Position numbers and translations under genes: made by a program. DNA of 64,000 nucleotides from an uncultured delta proteobacterium (GTDB lineage: Bacteria > Desulfobacterota > Desulfobaccia > Desulfobaccales > 0-14-0-80-60-11): assembly GCA_963812015.1 (NCBI GenBank), contig CAWETI010000002.1:672001-736000 (forward strand). Reading direction: 5' to 3'. Below, piece after piece: positions 61,380 through 64,000 of this stretch. Position 1 is the stretch's first letter, and each line of letters begins with the position of its first letter. The notes beneath the pieces were generated by a model. The model was given only the letters and a program-made list of their open reading frames with translations, searched no databases and was not told the origin of the DNA.

Positions 61380-64000
61380 TCAAGCCTTCTCGATATGCAC
61401 GGCGCAGACTTTGTATTCCGGGATTTTGGCCACCGGGTCCAGGGCGGCGTTGGTGAGCTTATTCACCGCCGCCTCATGGAAGTGGAAGGGCATGAAGATG
61501 GTCCCCCGCACGGCCTTGGGCGACACCTGGGCCCGGACGACCAGCTCTCCCCGGCGAGTCTTAACCCGTACTGCATCACCATCCCCGATGCCATAGTCAA
61601 TGGCGTCGCCGGCGGCAATTTCCACCAGGCATTCCGGGGCTTTTTCCTCCAGGCCCGGAGCCCGGCGGCTCATGGTGCCGGTATGATACTGGTAAAGCAC
61701 CCGCCCGGTGGTCAAAACCAGGGGATAGTCGGCGTCGGGCATTTCCGCCGGGTCCCGATGGTCAATGGCGAAGAAGGCCCCCTTACCCCGGGAAAACTGG
61801 CCCCGGTGCAAATAGACGGTGCCGGGGTGTTCCGTGGTGGGACAGGGCCATTGCAGTCCGCCCTCGGCCTCCAGGCGGGCATAGGTGATGCCGGCATAAG
61901 ACGGGGTGACCTGGCGAATCTCCTCGAAGATGGCTTCGGGGTCGGCATAGTCCATGGGGTAACCCAGGCGCCGGGAAATCTCGGCAATAATCTGCCAATC
62001 GGGCCGGGAGTCGCCCAGGGGCGGTATCACCTGGCGCACCGCGGCCACCCGCCGCTCCGTGTTGGAGAAGGTGCCGGCTTTTTCCGCAAAGGTGGTCGCG
62101 GGTAAAACCACGTCGGCCAGCACCGCGGTTTCGGTGAGAAAAATATCTTGCACTACCAGGAAATCCAACTGTTTAAGGGCCTTGACCAGGTGGTCGGAAT
62201 CAGGATCGGAAATGACCGGGTTCTCCCCGACGATATACAAGGCCTTGATTTTGCCCTCAGGAATGGCCGGCACCATACCGGTCATGGTCAGGCCCACCCA
62301 ATCCGGCAGGTTCTTGACCCCCCAGGCCGCCTCCATCTTGGCCCGGGCGCTCGCATCCGTCACCGGCTGATAACCGGAAAAGACGTTGGGCAGGCCGCCC
62401 ATGTCGCAGGCCCCCTGGACGTTGTTCTGGCCCCTGAGGGGGTTGACCCCGCCGCCCTCAATCCCGACGTTGCCGCACAGCATGGCCAGGTTGGCCATGG
62501 TCTTGACGTTATCGGTGCCGACGGTGTGTTGGGTGATCCCCATGGCATAGACGATGGCCGCGGCCTTGGCCTGGCCATACAGGCGGGCGGCGCGGCGCAG
62601 GTCCGCGGCGGGCACGCCGCTGATCTGTTCCACATATTCCGGGGTATATTTGGCCACGGTTTCCCGGAGGGCCGCGAAGTTTTCCGTACGTTCGGCAATA
62701 TAGGCCTGATCGTGCAAATTATCCTGGATGATGAGGTTCATCAAGCCGTTGAACACCGCGATGTCGGTGCCGGGACGCTGCCGCAGCCACAGGGTGGCGT
62801 GGCGCACCAGGTCGATGCGGCGCGGTTCGATAACGATGAGGGCTTTATTATTCAACCGCACCGCCCGCTTGATGCGGGTGGCGATCACCGGATGGGTCTC
62901 GGTGGTGTTGGAGCCCGTGACCAGGATACAATCTGAGTTCTCCAGTTCGGCGATGGAATTGGTCATCGCACCGGAGCCGAAGGAGGCGGCCAGTCCGGCC
63001 ACCGTGGAGCTGTGTCAGAGGCGGGCGCAGTGATCGACGTGATTGGTACCGATCACGGCGCGCATGAGCTTCTGCATCAGATAGTTTTCTTCATTGGTCA
63101 CCCGGGCCGAGCACCAGCCGCCGATCACCCCGGGGCCATCTTTATCCCGGATTCCTTGCAGGCGGGAAGCCACCAGGTCCAGGGCTTCGTCCCAGCCGGC
63201 TTCCCGGAAGACGCCGTCCTCCTTGATCAAGGGCGTCTTCAACCGGTCGGGATGATCCACAAAGTGCCAGCCGAAGCGTCCCTTGACGCACAGCTTCCCC
63301 TGGTTGGGTATGGCGTCGGCGCCAGTGACTTTCACAATGTGGTTGTCCTTGACGTGGACGTCCACCTGACAGCCGACCCCGCAGTAGGGGCAGGTGGTTT
63401 GAACCTGGGTGCGTTCCCAGGGACGTCCCCGGCCTCTCGCATGCTTGTCCAGGATGGCGCCCACCGGACAGGCCTGGAGGCACTCCCCGCAGAAGACGCA
63501 ATCGGAGTTGATATAGGGAAAATCCCCCCGGGCCACAATCTTGTTGTGCGCTCCCCGGTAGCCGATGGCGATGGCCTGGTTGACCTGCCGTTCATTGCAG
63601 GCCCGGACGCACCGGCCGCACATGACGCACTTGGAAAAATCCCGTACGATCATGCGGTTGTCGTCTTCATAGTAATAGGGGGTATCCGGCGGATTGGCAA
63701 AATCGGGCGTGGTCACCTGGTAGCGATAGGCCAGGGCCTGGAGCTCGCACTCGCCGTTAGCCTCACAGACCAGGCAATTGTGATTGCCCGAGGCCAGCAG
63801 CAGTTCGATGACCATCTTGCGAGCCGCCGTCACCCGGGGGGATTCGGTCTGGACCACCATTCCCGGGGCCGCCTGGGTGGCGCAGGCCGGGAGCAGGGTG
63901 CGGGCCCCCGCCACCTCCACCAGGCAGACCCGGCAGGCTCCCGTAGGCATCGTGTCTTTATAATTGCATAAAGTCGGCACCGCGATGCCGGCCCCCCGGG
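61380..64000 (-). CDS. fdhA: Selenocysteine formate dehydrogenase alpha subunit (5' end outside the window)
   Basis: Two ORF-track entries are in frame across the TGA at 63015-63017: DHCARL-U-HSSTVAGL. N-terminal Fe-S motifs, CPYCGVGC and RGQNNVQG. Confidence 0.95.
62985..63003 (-). promoter_or_regulatory. SECIS hairpin
   Basis: GGUGGCCG-GAC-UGGCCGCC starts 11 nt after the UGA. Confidence 0.8.

Noticed and set aside
63015..63017. fdhA pseudogene
   Set aside because: The stop is at the conserved Sec position and has a SECIS.

Overview
Positions 1 to about 53.5 kb are the right-hand part of a large integrative island. It ends in a 49-bp 3' fragment of tRNA-Thr(CGT), the att site, next to a P4-like tyrosine integrase. 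The island backbone (42-53 kb) looks like a phage satellite but carries its own replisome: AlpA, an SF2 helicase, an AEP primase/PriL-like/AAA+ fusion, an origin-like region of TACGACA repeats, a family A DNA polymerase, a Cas4-like nuclease and a TerS-like protein. No virion genes are visible. The cargo is mostly defence-type. It includes a full Dpd 7-deazaguanine DNA-modification locus (queD, unknown ORF, queE, queC, folE2, UvrD-like helicase, Cas4-like nuclease, dpdC, dpdB, dpdA, dpdB, converging on dpdE-F-G-H-I-J-K-D). It also has an unrecognised SIR2 + repeat/HEXXH operon, decayed integron-like cassettes and several stand-alone nucleases. Three single-base frameshifts interrupt folE2, the helicase and dpdD. 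Right of the att site are an IS fragment and host genes: an SSS transporter, nagZ, catalase, a PerR/Fur regulator, a NuoE-NuoF fusion and a selenocysteine formate dehydrogenase. The host is probably an anaerobic Desulfobacterota/deltaproteobacterium (inference). All family calls come from motifs read by eye; no searches were run.
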